NCBI GenBank assembly: GCA_963770895.1
Contig: CAVYRF010000002.1
Coordinates: 2,368,001 to 2,432,000, forward strand
DNA length: 64,000 nucleotides
From: an uncultured Acidobacteriota bacterium
Lineage (GTDB): Bacteria > Acidobacteriota > Thermoanaerobaculia > Multivoradales > UBA5704
Direction of reading: 5' to 3'
The translations under genes were made by a program, and so were the position numbers. The notes beneath the pieces were generated by a model that was not told the DNA's origin, did not search any database, and worked only from the letters and a program-made list of their open reading frames with translations. Numbering within the stretch: the first letter of the stretch is position 1; every line of letters begins with the position of its first letter. Shown in pieces: positions 9,919 through 21,539 of this stretch.

Positions 9919-11150
9919 GCGGCAGTTCATCCCACGGCATCCCGATCGTCGCCCGTCTGGACGTGCAGGCGTTCACGCCCGCGCCCCAGGCGGTGGCGGC
10001 GCTGCAACGGCTCGGCGTCATCCTGTGCGCGCTGGGCGTCGCCGGCAGCGTGGCCGCCATCCTGGTGAGCCCCGAATACTTCTTCCGCGCCTACCTGGTG
10101 GGCTGGGTGTTCTGCGTCGGCATCGCCTTCGGCTGCACCGCGCTGACCATGCTCAACCACCTGGTCGGCGGCGGCTTCCTGCTGGTGGTGCGACGGGTGC
10201 TTGAAGCCGGCACCCGCACCATCCCGGTCCTGGCGCTGGCGGCGGTGCCGCTGCTGTTCAACCTGGAGCGCATCTACCCCTGGGCCGACCCGGCCAAGGT
10301 GAAGGTCGACGCGGTGCTGCGCTGGAAGGCGCCGTACCTGAACAGCGGCTTCTTCTTCGGCCGCATGGTCGTCTACTTCGCCATCGTCGGCACGCTGGCG
10401 TTCGTGCTCAACCGCATGTCGCTCGAGCAGGACCGCACCGGCAATCCCGATCTGGCGCGCCGCATGCGCATGGTGTCGGGTCCGGGCATCATCCTGTACT
10501 GCCTGGTGGCGACCTTCGCCTCCGTCGACTGGCTGATGTCGATCGAAACCCACTGGTCGTCGACGATGTACGGTTTCTACCTGATCGTCAGCCAGGCGCT
10601 GGCGGCGCTCACCTTCACCATCGTCATCGCCTTCTTCCTGCTGGCGCGCACCGAGCCGATGGCGCCGCTGATGCGCAAGAAGCACTTCCACGACTACGGC
10701 AAGCTGTTCCTGGCGCTGACCATGTTGTGGACGTACCTGTGCTTCTCGCAGTTCCTGATCATCTGGGCCGGCAACCTGCCCGAAGAGATCGCCTGGTACC
10801 GGCATCGCATCCTGAGCGGCTGGGGCCTGGTGGCGGCGGTGGTGATCTACTTCCACTTCGCCTTCCCGTTCGCCATCCTGCTGTCGCGCGACTTCAAGGA
10901 GAAGCCGCGCTGGCTCGCCAGGCTGGCCGTCTGGGTGCTGCTGATGCGCCTGGTGGACATCTTCTGGCAGGTGGAGCCGGGCTTCAAAGTCGAGCAGGCG
11001 GCGCTCTACTGGGCGTACCTGGCGGTGCCGGCGGCGCTGTTCGGCGGCTGGCTGTGGCTGTTCGGCCGCCAGCTCAAGCAGCGGTCGCTGCTGCCGGTGC
11101 ACGACCCGCAGGTGTCCGAGGTGGCCCGCAAGGAGGTGGTTGTCGCATGA
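9915..11150 (+). CDS. actF: Alternative complex III subunit F (membrane)
   Basis: About 10 TM segments; VDWLMSIETHWSSTMYG, HDYGKL, YLCFSQFLIIWAGNLPEEIAWY. Confidence 0.92.
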   Translation: MSGSSSHGIPIVARLDVQAFTPAPQAVAALQRLGVILCALGVAGSVAAILVSPEYFFRAYLVGWVFCVGIAFGCTALTMLNHLVGGGFLLVVRRVLEAGTRTIPVLALAAVPLLFNLERIYPWADPAKVKVDAVLRWKAPYLNSGFFFGRMVVYFAIVGTLAFVLNRMSLEQDRTGNPDLARRMRMVSGPGIILYCLVATFASVDWLMSIETHWSSTMYGFYLIVSQALAALTFTIVIAFFLLARTEPMAPLMRKKHFHDYGKLFLALTMLWTYLCFSQFLIIWAGNLPEEIAWYRHRILSGWGLVAAVVIYFHFAFPFAILLSRDFKEKPRWLARLAVWVLLMRLVDIFWQVEPGFKVEQAALYWAYLAVPAALFGGWLWLFGRQLKQRSLLPVHDPQVSEVARKEVVVA

Positions 11151-11836
11151 CCAACGTCCACGCCAGTGCGGGCGAGCCCGCCGTCGACCACCCGACGTCC
11201 TCCGAGCAGTTCGACCGCGAGCTCGACATCCGCCGCATCCTGTGGGTGAGCGGCGGAGTTGCGGCCATCACCCTGGTTTCCGTCGTCCTGATGTGGGCCC
11301 TGCTGGCCGGCTTCAACGCCTTCGACAACCGGCACGCGCCGGCGCCGCCGCCGATGCCCGCGGCGGCACAGGAGGTGCCGCCGACGGAGCCGCGGCTGCA
11401 GCCTTCACCGCCGGCGGACATGGACGCCATGCGCGTCTCCGAAGACCAGGTCCTGCAGCACGCGGCATGGATCGACCGCGCCAAGGGCACGGTGCGCCTG
11501 CCGATCGACGTGGCGATCGACGTGATCGCCGCCGGTGGGATGCCGACCGTCACCACGCCGTCGCTCTCCACCATGACGGCGCAGGGCTCGATGTCGAGCA
11601 ACGGCCGGCCGCCGACCGACCAGCCCAGCCCCGGCACGTTGCTGCCGGCGCCGGGCATGGGCATCGGCAGCATCGGTCCGCCCTCGGCCGGTGCCGGCCA
11701 GGTGCGCGGCGCGGCCATGCCGGACAGCCCCGCCGCGGCTCCCGCGACGGCGGCTCCGGCTCCGACAACGCCGGCCACGCCGCCGGCGCATCCGCTGGTG
11801 ATGCCGCCGCCGCCCCCGCCGGGAGGCATGCCCTGA
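11147..11836 (+). CDS. actG: ActG-like small membrane subunit with a Pro/Ala-rich C-terminal tail
   Basis: ATGA overlap with actF; single TM; PEPRLQ-like and WID..KGTVRLPIDVAI motifs; position between actF and SCO. Confidence 0.7.
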   Translation: MTNVHASAGEPAVDHPTSSEQFDRELDIRRILWVSGGVAAITLVSVVLMWALLAGFNAFDNRHAPAPPPMPAAAQEVPPTEPRLQPSPPADMDAMRVSEDQVLQHAAWIDRAKGTVRLPIDVAIDVIAAGGMPTVTTPSLSTMTAQGSMSSNGRPPTDQPSPGTLLPAPGMGIGSIGPPSAGAGQVRGAAMPDSPAAAPATAAPAPTTPATPPAHPLVMPPPPPPGGMP

Positions 11837-12750
11837 TGCGTCGTCGCTCGACAGGCGCTGGCGCCACTGCCGCAACTGCCGCCACCGCGGCGATCATCGC
11901 CGGCCTTGCCGGCCTGTGGCTGCTCGCGGCCGCCGCCGGCGCCGGTGCGCAATCGGTGGCGCCGCTGCAGTACGCTCCCAATTCGGGCGAGGCGGCGTTG
12001 CCGGGCGGCATGCCGACGCCGTTCCAACGCCTGGGCTTCGACCAGCGCGTGGGGCAGAAGGTGCCGGCAGACCTGGCTTTCCGCGACGAGACCGGACGGC
12101 AGGTTGCGATCGGCGACTACTACGGCAAGCGGCCGCTGGTGCTGGCGCTGGTGTACTTCCGCTGCCCGATGCTCTGTCCGCTGACGCTCAACGGTCTGAC
12201 CCGCAGCCTCAAGGGCATGAACTTCGACGTCGGGCGCGAATACGACGTGCTGGTGGTCAGCTTCGATCCCCACGACACCGCGGCCCAGGCGGCCACCGCC
12301 AAGCGCGAGGCCGTGGCCCGCTACGGCCGTCCCGAAACCGCCGACGGCTGGCATTTCCTGACCGGCGGCCAGGAGCCCATCCGCCGCCTCACCCAGGCGG
12401 TCGGGTTCCGCTATTTCTACGACGAGCACGCGGGCCAGTTCGCGCACGCCGCGGGCATCGTGCTGCTGACGCCGCAGGGGGCGGCCTCGCGCTACCTCTA
12501 CGGCATCGAATTCCCGCCGCGCAACGTGCGGCTGGGCCTGGTCGAAGCGTCCAACAATCGCATCGGCACGCCGGTCGACCAGGTGCTGCTCTACTGCTTC
12601 CACTACGACCCGGTTGCGGGTCGCTACAGCCGCGTGACCCTCAACATCGTCCGCCTCAGCGCGCTTCTGTGCGTGGTGGGCCTGGGCCTGATGATCGTGC
12701 TGTTCAAACGGCGCGAGCACCAAGACCACAACCCCTTAGGAACCGTCTGA
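11836..12750 (+). CDS. SCO family protein of the act/cox operon
   Basis: TGATG overlap; signal peptide; YFRCPMLC; QFAHAAG; LLYCFHYDP; C-terminal TM. Confidence 0.9.
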   Translation: MRRRSTGAGATAATAATAAIIAGLAGLWLLAAAAGAGAQSVAPLQYAPNSGEAALPGGMPTPFQRLGFDQRVGQKVPADLAFRDETGRQVAIGDYYGKRPLVLALVYFRCPMLCPLTLNGLTRSLKGMNFDVGREYDVLVVSFDPHDTAAQAATAKREAVARYGRPETADGWHFLTGGQEPIRRLTQAVGFRYFYDEHAGQFAHAAGIVLLTPQGAASRYLYGIEFPPRNVRLGLVEASNNRIGTPVDQVLLYCFHYDPVAGRYSRVTLNIVRLSALLCVVGLGLMIVLFKRREHQDHNPLGTV

Positions 12751-12751
12751 T

Positions 12752-13795
12752 ATGCGGTCGTTCACCGTCCCGTTTTTCCCTGAGGAGGCCACCCGCGCGG
12801 CCCGCGAGGTGGACGCGATGTTCGGGGTGTGGCTGGCGATCAGCCTGTTCTTCACCGTCCTGATCGCGGCCCTGGTGGTGGTCTTCATGGTGCGCTACCG
12901 CCGCCGCTCCCCCGACGAGGTGGGCAAGAGCGAACACGCCGGTCCCTGGCTGGAGATCATCTGGTCGGCGGTGCCGCTGTTCATCATGCTGGGGATGTTC
13001 GCCTGGGGCGCCCGCCTCTTCTTCGTGCAGCACCGCGCCCCCCAGGACGCGGTGGAGTACTGGGCGACCGGCAAGCAGTGGATGTGGAAGTTCCAGCATC
13101 CCAACGGCAACCGCGAGGTCAACCACCTGCACCTGCCGGTCGGCCAGACCGTCAAGCTGACCATGACGTCGGAAGACGTGATCCACAGCTTCGGCGTGCC
13201 GGCGTTCCGCCTCAAGCAGGACGTCAACCCCGGCGCTTACACCTCGATGTGGTTCAAGCCCGACCGGGTGGGCACCTACCACCTGTTCTGCGACCAGTAC
13301 TGCGGCGTCGAGCATTCGCGCATGGTGGGCAGCGTCATCGTCATGTCGCCCGAAGACTACGCCGCCTGGCTGGCCGGCGGCCCGGCGCCCGGGCAGTCGC
13401 CGGCGGCGGCCGGGGCGCAGCTGTTCCAAAGCTTTGCCTGCTACACCTGCCACGAATCGGGGCCGGGTTGGATGGCGCGCGGGCCGAGCCTGCAGGGGGT
13501 CTACGGCCACCAGGTGCCGCTCGACAGCGGCAGCACCGTGCTGGCCGACGAAGGCTATCTGCGCGAGTCGATCCTGCTGCCGGCGGCAAAGGTGGTCAAG
13601 GGATGGCAGCCGATCATGCCGACCTACCAGGGGCAGGTCAGTGAAGAGCAGCTCATCGACCTGATCGCCTACATCAAGTCGCTGGGAACCGCGCCCGCGA
13701 TGGGCACCGGCGCGGTCAACCCGCCAGGGACGTCGAGCCCGCAGAACGGCGGTCCGGCCGGCTCCATGCCTGCCACCGCGGGATCGACCAAGTGA
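12752..13795 (+). CDS. coxB: Cytochrome c oxidase subunit II with fused cytochrome c (caa3 type)
   Basis: LEIIWS, KQWMW, DVIHSF, CuA motif [13 protein letters not shown]-terminal CYTCH...MPTY. Confidence 0.95.
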   Translation: MRSFTVPFFPEEATRAAREVDAMFGVWLAISLFFTVLIAALVVVFMVRYRRRSPDEVGKSEHAGPWLEIIWSAVPLFIMLGMFAWGARLFFVQHRAPQDAVEYWATGKQWMWKFQHPNGNREVNHLHLPVGQTVKLTMTSEDVIHSFGVPAFRLKQDVNPGAYTSMWFKPDRVGTYHLFCDQYCGVEHSRMVGSVIVMSPEDYAAWLAGGPAPGQSPAAAGAQLFQSFACYTCHESGPGWMARGPSLQGVYGHQVPLDSGSTVLADEGYLRESILLPAAKVVKGWQPIMPTYQGQVSEEQLIDLIAYIKSLGTAPAMGTGAVNPPGTSSPQNGGPAGSMPATAGSTK

Positions 13796-13802
13796 AAGGC
13801 GC

Positions 13803-15444
<1,642 letters not shown>

Positions 15445-15452
<8 letters not shown>

Positions 15453-16113
15453 CAGTCACGCGATGCTCCAGCATCACTTCGACGACCTCGATCAGCAGCG
15501 CGAGGCGTCGACGCTCGGCATGTGGGTGTTCCTGTGCACCGAGGTCCTGTTCTTCGGCGGGTTGTTCACCACCTACGTGGTGTACCGCACCCGCTTTCAC
15601 GGCGTCTTCGCGCAGGCCAGCCACCACCTCAACGTGACGCTGGGCGCGACCAACACGCTGGTGCTGATCTGCAGCAGCTTGACCATGGCGATGGCGATCT
15701 GGTCGTCGCACATCAACAAGCGCAAGATGATCGTGTTCTTCCTGATCCTGACGATGCTTTTGGGATCGACGTTCCTGGTGATCAAGTACTTCGAGTACGC
15801 CGAAAAGTTCCACCACCACCTGGTGCCGGGTCCCAACTTCCACTACGTCTGCCCGGCGGGCGAAGAGTGCCACCCGCAGGAAGCGTCGATCTACTTCGCG
15901 CTGTACTTCTGCATGACAGGGTTGCACGCGCTGCACATGATCGTCGGCCTGGGGCTGTTGACCTATCTGCTGGTGCCGTCGTGGCAGGGGAAGTTCACCG
16001 CCGAATGGCACAACCCCCTGGAGTGCGTCGGCCTGTACTGGCACTTCGTGGACATCGTGTGGATCTTTCTGTTCCCGTTGCTCTACCTGATCGGGGCCCA
16101 CGGTCCCGCCTGA
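15445..16113 (+). CDS. coxC: Cytochrome c oxidase subunit III
   Basis: [45 protein letters not shown]. Confidence 0.95.
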
Positions 16114-16159
16114 CGGGGACCGCGACGGAACCTGGCGGACCTTGGCGGAGATAGCTGAC

Positions 16160-16504
16160 ATGTCGCAGACCGAATACAACGGCGGACACGAAGACGGGGA
16201 GCAGCACCATGCTCCGTCCAGGAAGCCCTACTTCCTCACCTTCGGCTTCCTGATCGTCATGACTCTGATCACGGTGGTGGTGGCCAAGTTCGAGCTGGGG
16301 CCGCTCAACGACATCGTGGCCATGGCGATCGCGGTCGCCAAGGGGACCGCGGTCATCCTCTTCTTCATGCACGTCCGCCACAGCTCAACCCTGACCAAGC
16401 TGACGGTCGCCTCGGGTTTCGTGTGGCTGGCGATCATGATCTTCGTCACCATGTCGGACTATTGGACGCGCGGCTGGCTGGATACCTTCGCGTCCAACCG
16501 GTAG
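16160..16504 (+). CDS. coxD: Cytochrome c oxidase subunit IV
   Basis: Three TM segments; IAVAKGTAVILFFMHVR; DYWTR. Confidence 0.9.
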   Translation: MSQTEYNGGHEDGEQHHAPSRKPYFLTFGFLIVMTLITVVVAKFELGPLNDIVAMAIAVAKGTAVILFFMHVRHSSTLTKLTVASGFVWLAIMIFVTMSDYWTRGWLDTFASNR

Positions 16505-16508
16505 CGGT

Positions 16509-17066
16509 TTGCGCCCCAACCAAAACCTGCTGGAAGTTTTCCTCGAACTGCAGGTCCTGGACCGCATCCCGCGCAGCGGCTACGTGCTGCGCGGGGTCGC
16601 CGATCCCGAGAGCATCACCGAGCACTGCTGGCACGTCCTGTTCATGGTGTGGACCCTGGGCGCCCAGGTGCCGGGCCTGGACGTGACGCGGGCGGTGGAG
16701 ATCGCCCTGGTCCACGACCTGGCCGAGGTGCGGGTGGGCGACCTGCCGCGCACCGCCAGCCGCTATTTCCCCGCCGGCGCCAAGCAGGCCGCCGAATCGG
16801 CGGTGCTGGCGGAGGTGCTGGCGCCCCTGCCGGCGCGGACGCTCGACCTGCACGCCGAATACAGCCGCGGCGAAAGCCTGGAGGCGCGCCTGGTCAAGGC
16901 GTGCGACAAGCTGCAGCTGATGCTCAAGGTGGCGGTGTACGAAAGCTGGGGCAGCGGCAACCTGGCCGAGTTCTGGGACAACCCCGACAACTTCCCCGCC
17001 TCGGGGATCGCGCCGGTCGACGAGCTGTTCGCCGCGCTGCGCGCGCGCCGCATCAACAAATCTTAA
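16509..17066 (+). CDS. HD-domain hydrolase (YfbR/HDDC2 5'-deoxynucleotidase-like)
   Basis: LDRIPRSGY, ESITEH, LVHDLAE..GD, VKACDKL; TTG start 4 bp after coxD. Confidence 0.8.
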   Translation: MRPNQNLLEVFLELQVLDRIPRSGYVLRGVADPESITEHCWHVLFMVWTLGAQVPGLDVTRAVEIALVHDLAEVRVGDLPRTASRYFPAGAKQAAESAVLAEVLAPLPARTLDLHAEYSRGESLEARLVKACDKLQLMLKVAVYESWGSGNLAEFWDNPDNFPASGIAPVDELFAALRARRINKS

Positions 17067-17239
17067 TCAGGCTTGCAAAGTCCTGCGCCGGCGCAGATGC
17101 TATGTGCATCGCGTGACGGAAGAGCCCTGCGCCGGGCTTTGGCAGCATGTGACGCCGCGGCGGCAGACTTGTTACAGCAAGGTGGCGCGGTCGGGTGGTT
17201 TAACAATCGCCGATCGTCCGATCGCTGAAAGGGAGCGGC

Positions 17240-18412
17240 ATGTTGCAGCGGAAACCGAAGCCGGGCAGGCATCCGGCGGCCATTGCGCCGATTGAAATGA
17301 TGGCGCTGGCCGCGGCGATCGGGTTGATGGCGGCGCTCGCCGGCGGCTGCGGCGGCGCCGGCAAGAGCGACGCGGACGGCGAAGCGGCGCCGGCCTTCCA
17401 GCGCCGCCAAGGCAACATCGTCTTCGTGCCGGCGACGTCGCCGCTGCGGGCGCAGCTGCGCACCGAACCGGTGCGGGCGGAAACGGCGCGGCGGACGCTC
17501 ACCACGCCGGCGGTGGTGGAGGCGGTGCCCGGCCTGACCGCGCGCATCTTCCCGCCGGTTTCAGGCCACCTGGTCAACCTGTCGGCGCAGCTGGGCGACC
17601 GCGTCCAGCGCGGCACGGTGCTGGCCACCATCAGCTCGCCCGACTACATGTCGGCACAGAGCGATTACGTGCGCGCCAAGAGCGCTCTCGACCTGACCGA
17701 ACGCGCCCTGCGGCGGGAAAAAGAGCTGCTCGACGCCAAGATCGCGGCGCGGCGCGAAGTCGAGCAGGCGCAAAACGATTACGACTCGGCCAAGAGCTCG
17801 CTGGTGGCCGCCGAAGGCAGGCTGCGCACCTACGGCATCGACCCTCAGCGCGACAAGCCCGGCGACCCGCTGGTGCTGCGTTCGCCGGTGTCGGGACGGG
17901 TGATCGACGTCGCCGCGGGCGTCGGCGAGTTCCGCAGCGACACCACGGCGCCGCTGATGACCATCGCCGACCTGTCGACCGTCTGGCTGACCGCCAGCGT
18001 CCAGGAAAAAGACATTCGCTTCGTCAACAAGGGCCAGGAGGTCAAGGCGGTGCTGGCGGCATTTCCCGGTGAAGAGGTCACCGGCCGGGTGATGGCGGTG
18101 GGCGAGATCCTCGATCCCGACACCCGTTCGACCAAGGCGCGCATCGCGCTGGCCAATCCCGACGGCCGTTACCGGCCCGGCATGTACGCCACCGTAACCT
18201 TTTTCGGCTTTCCTGAAACCCGCGTCTCGGTGCCGACGTCCGCCCTGGTGCAGATCGGCGCCTCGGCCTTTGTCTTTTGCCAGATCGCGCCGGACACCTA
18301 TCAGCCGGTGGCGGTCGAGCCGGGCTCGCAGAGCGGCGGCCGCACCGAGATCCACAGCGGTCTGGCGCCGGGCACGGTGATCATCGCCGCCAACGGAGTG
18401 CTGCTGCAGTGA
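17240..18412 (+). CDS. RND efflux periplasmic adaptor (CzcB/CusB-like); exact start uncertain
   Basis: Lipobox-like AGGC, hairpin coiled coil, LRSPVSGRV, IADLSTVW, DPDTRSTKARI, RPGMYA. Confidence 0.9.
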   Translation: MLQRKPKPGRHPAAIAPIEMMALAAAIGLMAALAGGCGGAGKSDADGEAAPAFQRRQGNIVFVPATSPLRAQLRTEPVRAETARRTLTTPAVVEAVPGLTARIFPPVSGHLVNLSAQLGDRVQRGTVLATISSPDYMSAQSDYVRAKSALDLTERALRREKELLDAKIAARREVEQAQNDYDSAKSSLVAAEGRLRTYGIDPQRDKPGDPLVLRSPVSGRVIDVAAGVGEFRSDTTAPLMTIADLSTVWLTASVQEKDIRFVNKGQEVKAVLAAFPGEEVTGRVMAVGEILDPDTRSTKARIALANPDGRYRPGMYATVTFFGFPETRVSVPTSALVQIGASAFVFCQIAPDTYQPVAVEPGSQSGGRTEIHSGLAPGTVIIAANGVLLQ

Positions 18413-21400
18413 TCGGCCGCGCCGTCGCCTTCTGCCTGCAGCGCCGCTGGCTGGTGCTGGCGGTGCTGGTCGCCATCGCGGCGTTCGGCCTGTATTCGGT
18501 GCGCAGCCTGGACGTGGACGCCTATCCCGACATCGGCGACGTGACCGCGCAGGTGATCACGCAATATCCCGGACACGCCGCCGAAGAGGTCGAGCAGCAG
18601 ATCACGATCCCGCTGGAGCGCGAGCTCAACGGCACGCCCGGGCTGCACGTCATGCGTTCCAAGAGCACCTTCGGCCTGTCGTTGATCACCCTGGTGTTCG
18701 AAGACGGCACCGAAGATTATTTTGAGCGCCAGCGCATCCTGGAACGGATCGGCAACGTCACCCTGCCGCCCAACGTGCAGGCCGGCCTGGACTCCGTGAC
18801 GTCGCCCACCGGCGAGATCTATCGCTACACGGTCGTCTCCCACCTGCGCGACGCGCGGGCGCTGCGCGACATCGAAAACTGGACCATCATCCCGCAGCTC
18901 AAGCAGGTGCCGGGGGTGGTGGACGTCAATCCGTTCGGCGGCGAAAACTACCAGTTTCAGGTCTACGTCGATCCCGAGCGCCTGGTCAAGTACGGCCTCA
19001 GCCTGACTCAGGTCACCGACGCCATCGCCGCCAACAACGTCAACGCCGGCGGCAGCCTGATCGTGCGCGGCCAGCAGAGCATCGTGGTGCGGGGCCTGGG
19101 TGCGATCGCCAAGCTGGGCGACCTGGAGACCATCGTCATCGCGCAGAAGGGCGGCACGCCGGTGTTCGTGCGCGACATCGGGCGCGTCGAGCTGGGCGCC
19201 CTGGAGCGCCAGGGCATCCTGGGCAAGGACGACAACGACGACGCGGTGTCGGGCATCGTCCTGCTGCTGCGCGGCGTCAACCCCTCGCGGGTGCTCGACG
19301 GCATTCACCGCAAGGTGCGCGAGCTCAACACCAAGGTGCTGCCGTCCGACGTCAAGGTGGTGCCCTACCTGGATCGCACGCAACTGGTGCAGACCACGCT
19401 GAACACGGTCTCCCGGACGCTCGCCGAAGGCATGATCCTGGTGGTGCTGGTGCTGATCTTCTTTTTGGGCAACTGGCGCGGCGCGCTGCTGGTGGCGCTG
19501 ACCATCCCGTTCGCGCTGCTGTTCGCCTTCATGTTGATGCACTTCACCAACGTGCCGGCCAACCTGCTGTCGTTGGGCGCCATCGACTTCGGCATCATCG
19601 TCGACGGCGCGATCGTGCTGATGGAGGTGATCCTGCGGCGGCGCGAAAAGCACTCCGAGCGGCCGCTGCGCGAAGCCGAGGCGCGCGATGCGGCGCTGGA
19701 GGTGGCCAAGCCGATCTTCTTTGCCACGTTGATCATCATCACCGCCTACCTGCCGCTGTTCGCCTTCGAGCGGGTGGAACGCAAGCTGTTCACGCCGATG
19801 GCGTTCACCATCGGCTACGCGCTCATCGGCGCCCTGCTCTTCGCGCTGGCCGCGGTGCCGGCGCTGGCCTACCTGGCGTACCGCAAGCCGGGCAAGGGCT
19901 TCCGCAACCCGGCGATCGAATGGCTGGGCCGCCACTACGACAGCTATCTGCAGCACGTGGTCCGCCACCCGCGCCGCATCCTGATCGCGGCAGGGGCGGT
20001 CGGCGTGCTGACGGTGGTGCTGGCGCTGTCGGTGGGGCGGGAGTTTCTGCCCTACCTGGACGAAGGGTCGATCTGGATGCAGATCGACCTGCCGCCCGGC
20101 ATCTCGATCGCCAAGGCCACGGAGATGGCGCGCAGCTATCGCAAGGTCATGGGCAGCTTCAAGGAGGTGTCCTACGTCGTGACCCAGACCGGGCGCAACG
20201 ACGAGGCGACCGATCCGTGGACCTTTTCGCACATCGAAAGCTCCGTCGGCCTCAAACCCTACAAGCAGTGGGGGGGCGACAAGCAGGCGCTGATCGACCG
20301 CATGACCCGGAAGCTGCACGCGGTGCTGCCCGGCATGGAGTTCGGCTTCTCGCAGCCGATGATCGACGGCGTCAACGACAAGATCGCCGGCGCCCACTCG
20401 GAGATCGTCATCAAGGTCTACGGCGACGACTTCGCCGAGGCGCGGCGCATCAGCACCGCCATCGCCGGCGTGGTGTCCGGCATCCAGGGCGCGGTGGACG
20501 TCGCCATCGACCAGGAGCCGCCGCTGCCGCAGCTGCAGATCAAGATCAACCGCCAGGCCGCGGCGCGCTTCGGCATCAACGTCGCCGACATCGCCAACCT
20601 GATCGAAACGGCGATCGGCGGCAAGGCGGTGACCAGCGTCTACCTGGGCGAGCGCAGCTACAACGTCGGCGTGCGCTTCATCGAATCGGTGCGCGGCAAT
20701 CCCGAGGCGATCGCCAACCTGACCGTGCCGTCGTCGACCGGCGCGCGCATCCCGCTGTCGCAGGTCTCCGACATCCAGATCGGCGCCGGCGAAAGCACCA
20801 TCACGCGCGAGATGGGGCGCCGCCACATGACCGTCAAGGTCGACCTGCGCGGGCGCGACCTGGCGTCGTTCATCGCCGAGGCGCAGCGCAAGATCGATCA
20901 GACCGTGCACTACGATCACGAAAAATACGAGATCGGCTGGGGCGGCCAGTTCGAGAACCAGCAGCGCGCCCAGGGGCGCCTGCTGGTGATCGTCCCCGGC
21001 GCCCTGGCGCTCATCTTCCTGCTGCTCTATGCCGGCTTCGGCGACGTGCGCCACGCGGCGCTGATCCTGCTGGTCGTGCCGCTGGCGCTGTTCGGCGGTC
21101 TGTCGGCGCTGCTGCTGCGCGGCATGACGCTCAACGTGTCCAGCGCCGTGGGTTTCATCGCGCTCTTCGGCGTGGCGGTGCAGAACGGCGTCATCATGGT
21201 CGCCAACCTCAACCAGCGGCGGAGCACCGGCGGCTCGCTCGAAGAGTCGCTGCGGCGGGGCGCCGGCGTGCGGCTGCGCCCGGTGCTGATGACGGCGACG
21301 GTGGCGATCCTGGGGCTGCTGCCGGCCGCCACCAAGCACGGCGTCGGCAGCGACGTCCAGCGGCCCCTGGCGACGGTCATCGTCGGCGGCCTGATCGGCG

Positions 21401-21516
21401 CCACCGTGCTGACCCTGCTCATCCTGCCCGCCGCCTATTACACCCTGGAGCGCTGGACCGAAGCCCGGGCGGCGCGTGCCGCCGCCCGCCACGCGGCGGC
21501 GCCGGAGCACTCGTGA
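18409..21516 (+). CDS. czcA: CzcA/CusA family heavy-metal RND permease
   Basis: GTGA overlap; DAYPDI, AEEVEQQIT, SLGAIDFGIIVDGA, LFTPMAFT, RLRPVLMTA, GSDVQRPLATV. Confidence 0.92.
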   Translation: MIGRAVAFCLQRRWLVLAVLVAIAAFGLYSVRSLDVDAYPDIGDVTAQVITQYPGHAAEEVEQQITIPLERELNGTPGLHVMRSKSTFGLSLITLVFEDGTEDYFERQRILERIGNVTLPPNVQAGLDSVTSPTGEIYRYTVVSHLRDARALRDIENWTIIPQLKQVPGVVDVNPFGGENYQFQVYVDPERLVKYGLSLTQVTDAIAANNVNAGGSLIVRGQQSIVVRGLGAIAKLGDLETIVIAQKGGTPVFVRDIGRVELGALERQGILGKDDNDDAVSGIVLLLRGVNPSRVLDGIHRKVRELNTKVLPSDVKVVPYLDRTQLVQTTLNTVSRTLAEGMILVVLVLIFFLGNWRGALLVALTIPFALLFAFMLMHFTNVPANLLSLGAIDFGIIVDGAIVLMEVILRRREKHSERPLREAEARDAALEVAKPIFFATLIIITAYLPLFAFERVERKLFTPMAFTIGYALIGALLFALAAVPALAYLAYRKPGKGFRNPAIEWLGRHYDSYLQHVVRHPRRILIAAGAVGVLTVVLALSVGREFLPYLDEGSIWMQIDLPPGISIAKATEMARSYRKVMGSFKEVSYVVTQTGRNDEATDPWTFSHIESSVGLKPYKQWGGDKQALIDRMTRKLHAVLPGMEFGFSQPMIDGVNDKIAGAHSEIVIKVYGDDFAEARRISTAIAGVVSGIQGAVDVAIDQEPPLPQLQIKINRQAAARFGINVADIANLIETAIGGKAVTSVYLGERSYNVGVRFIESVRGNPEAIANLTVPSSTGARIPLSQVSDIQIGAGESTITREMGRRHMTVKVDLRGRDLASFIAEAQRKIDQTVHYDHEKYEIGWGGQFENQQRAQGRLLVIVPGALALIFLLLYAGFGDVRHAALILLVVPLALFGGLSALLLRGMTLNVSSAVGFIALFGVAVQNGVIMVANLNQRRSTGGSLEESLRRGAGVRLRPVLMTATVAILGLLPAATKHGVGSDVQRPLATVIVGGLIGATVLTLLILPAAYYTLERWTEARAARAAARHAAAPEHS

Positions 21517-21539
21517 CCGGACCTTCGAAGGGGGCGCGC

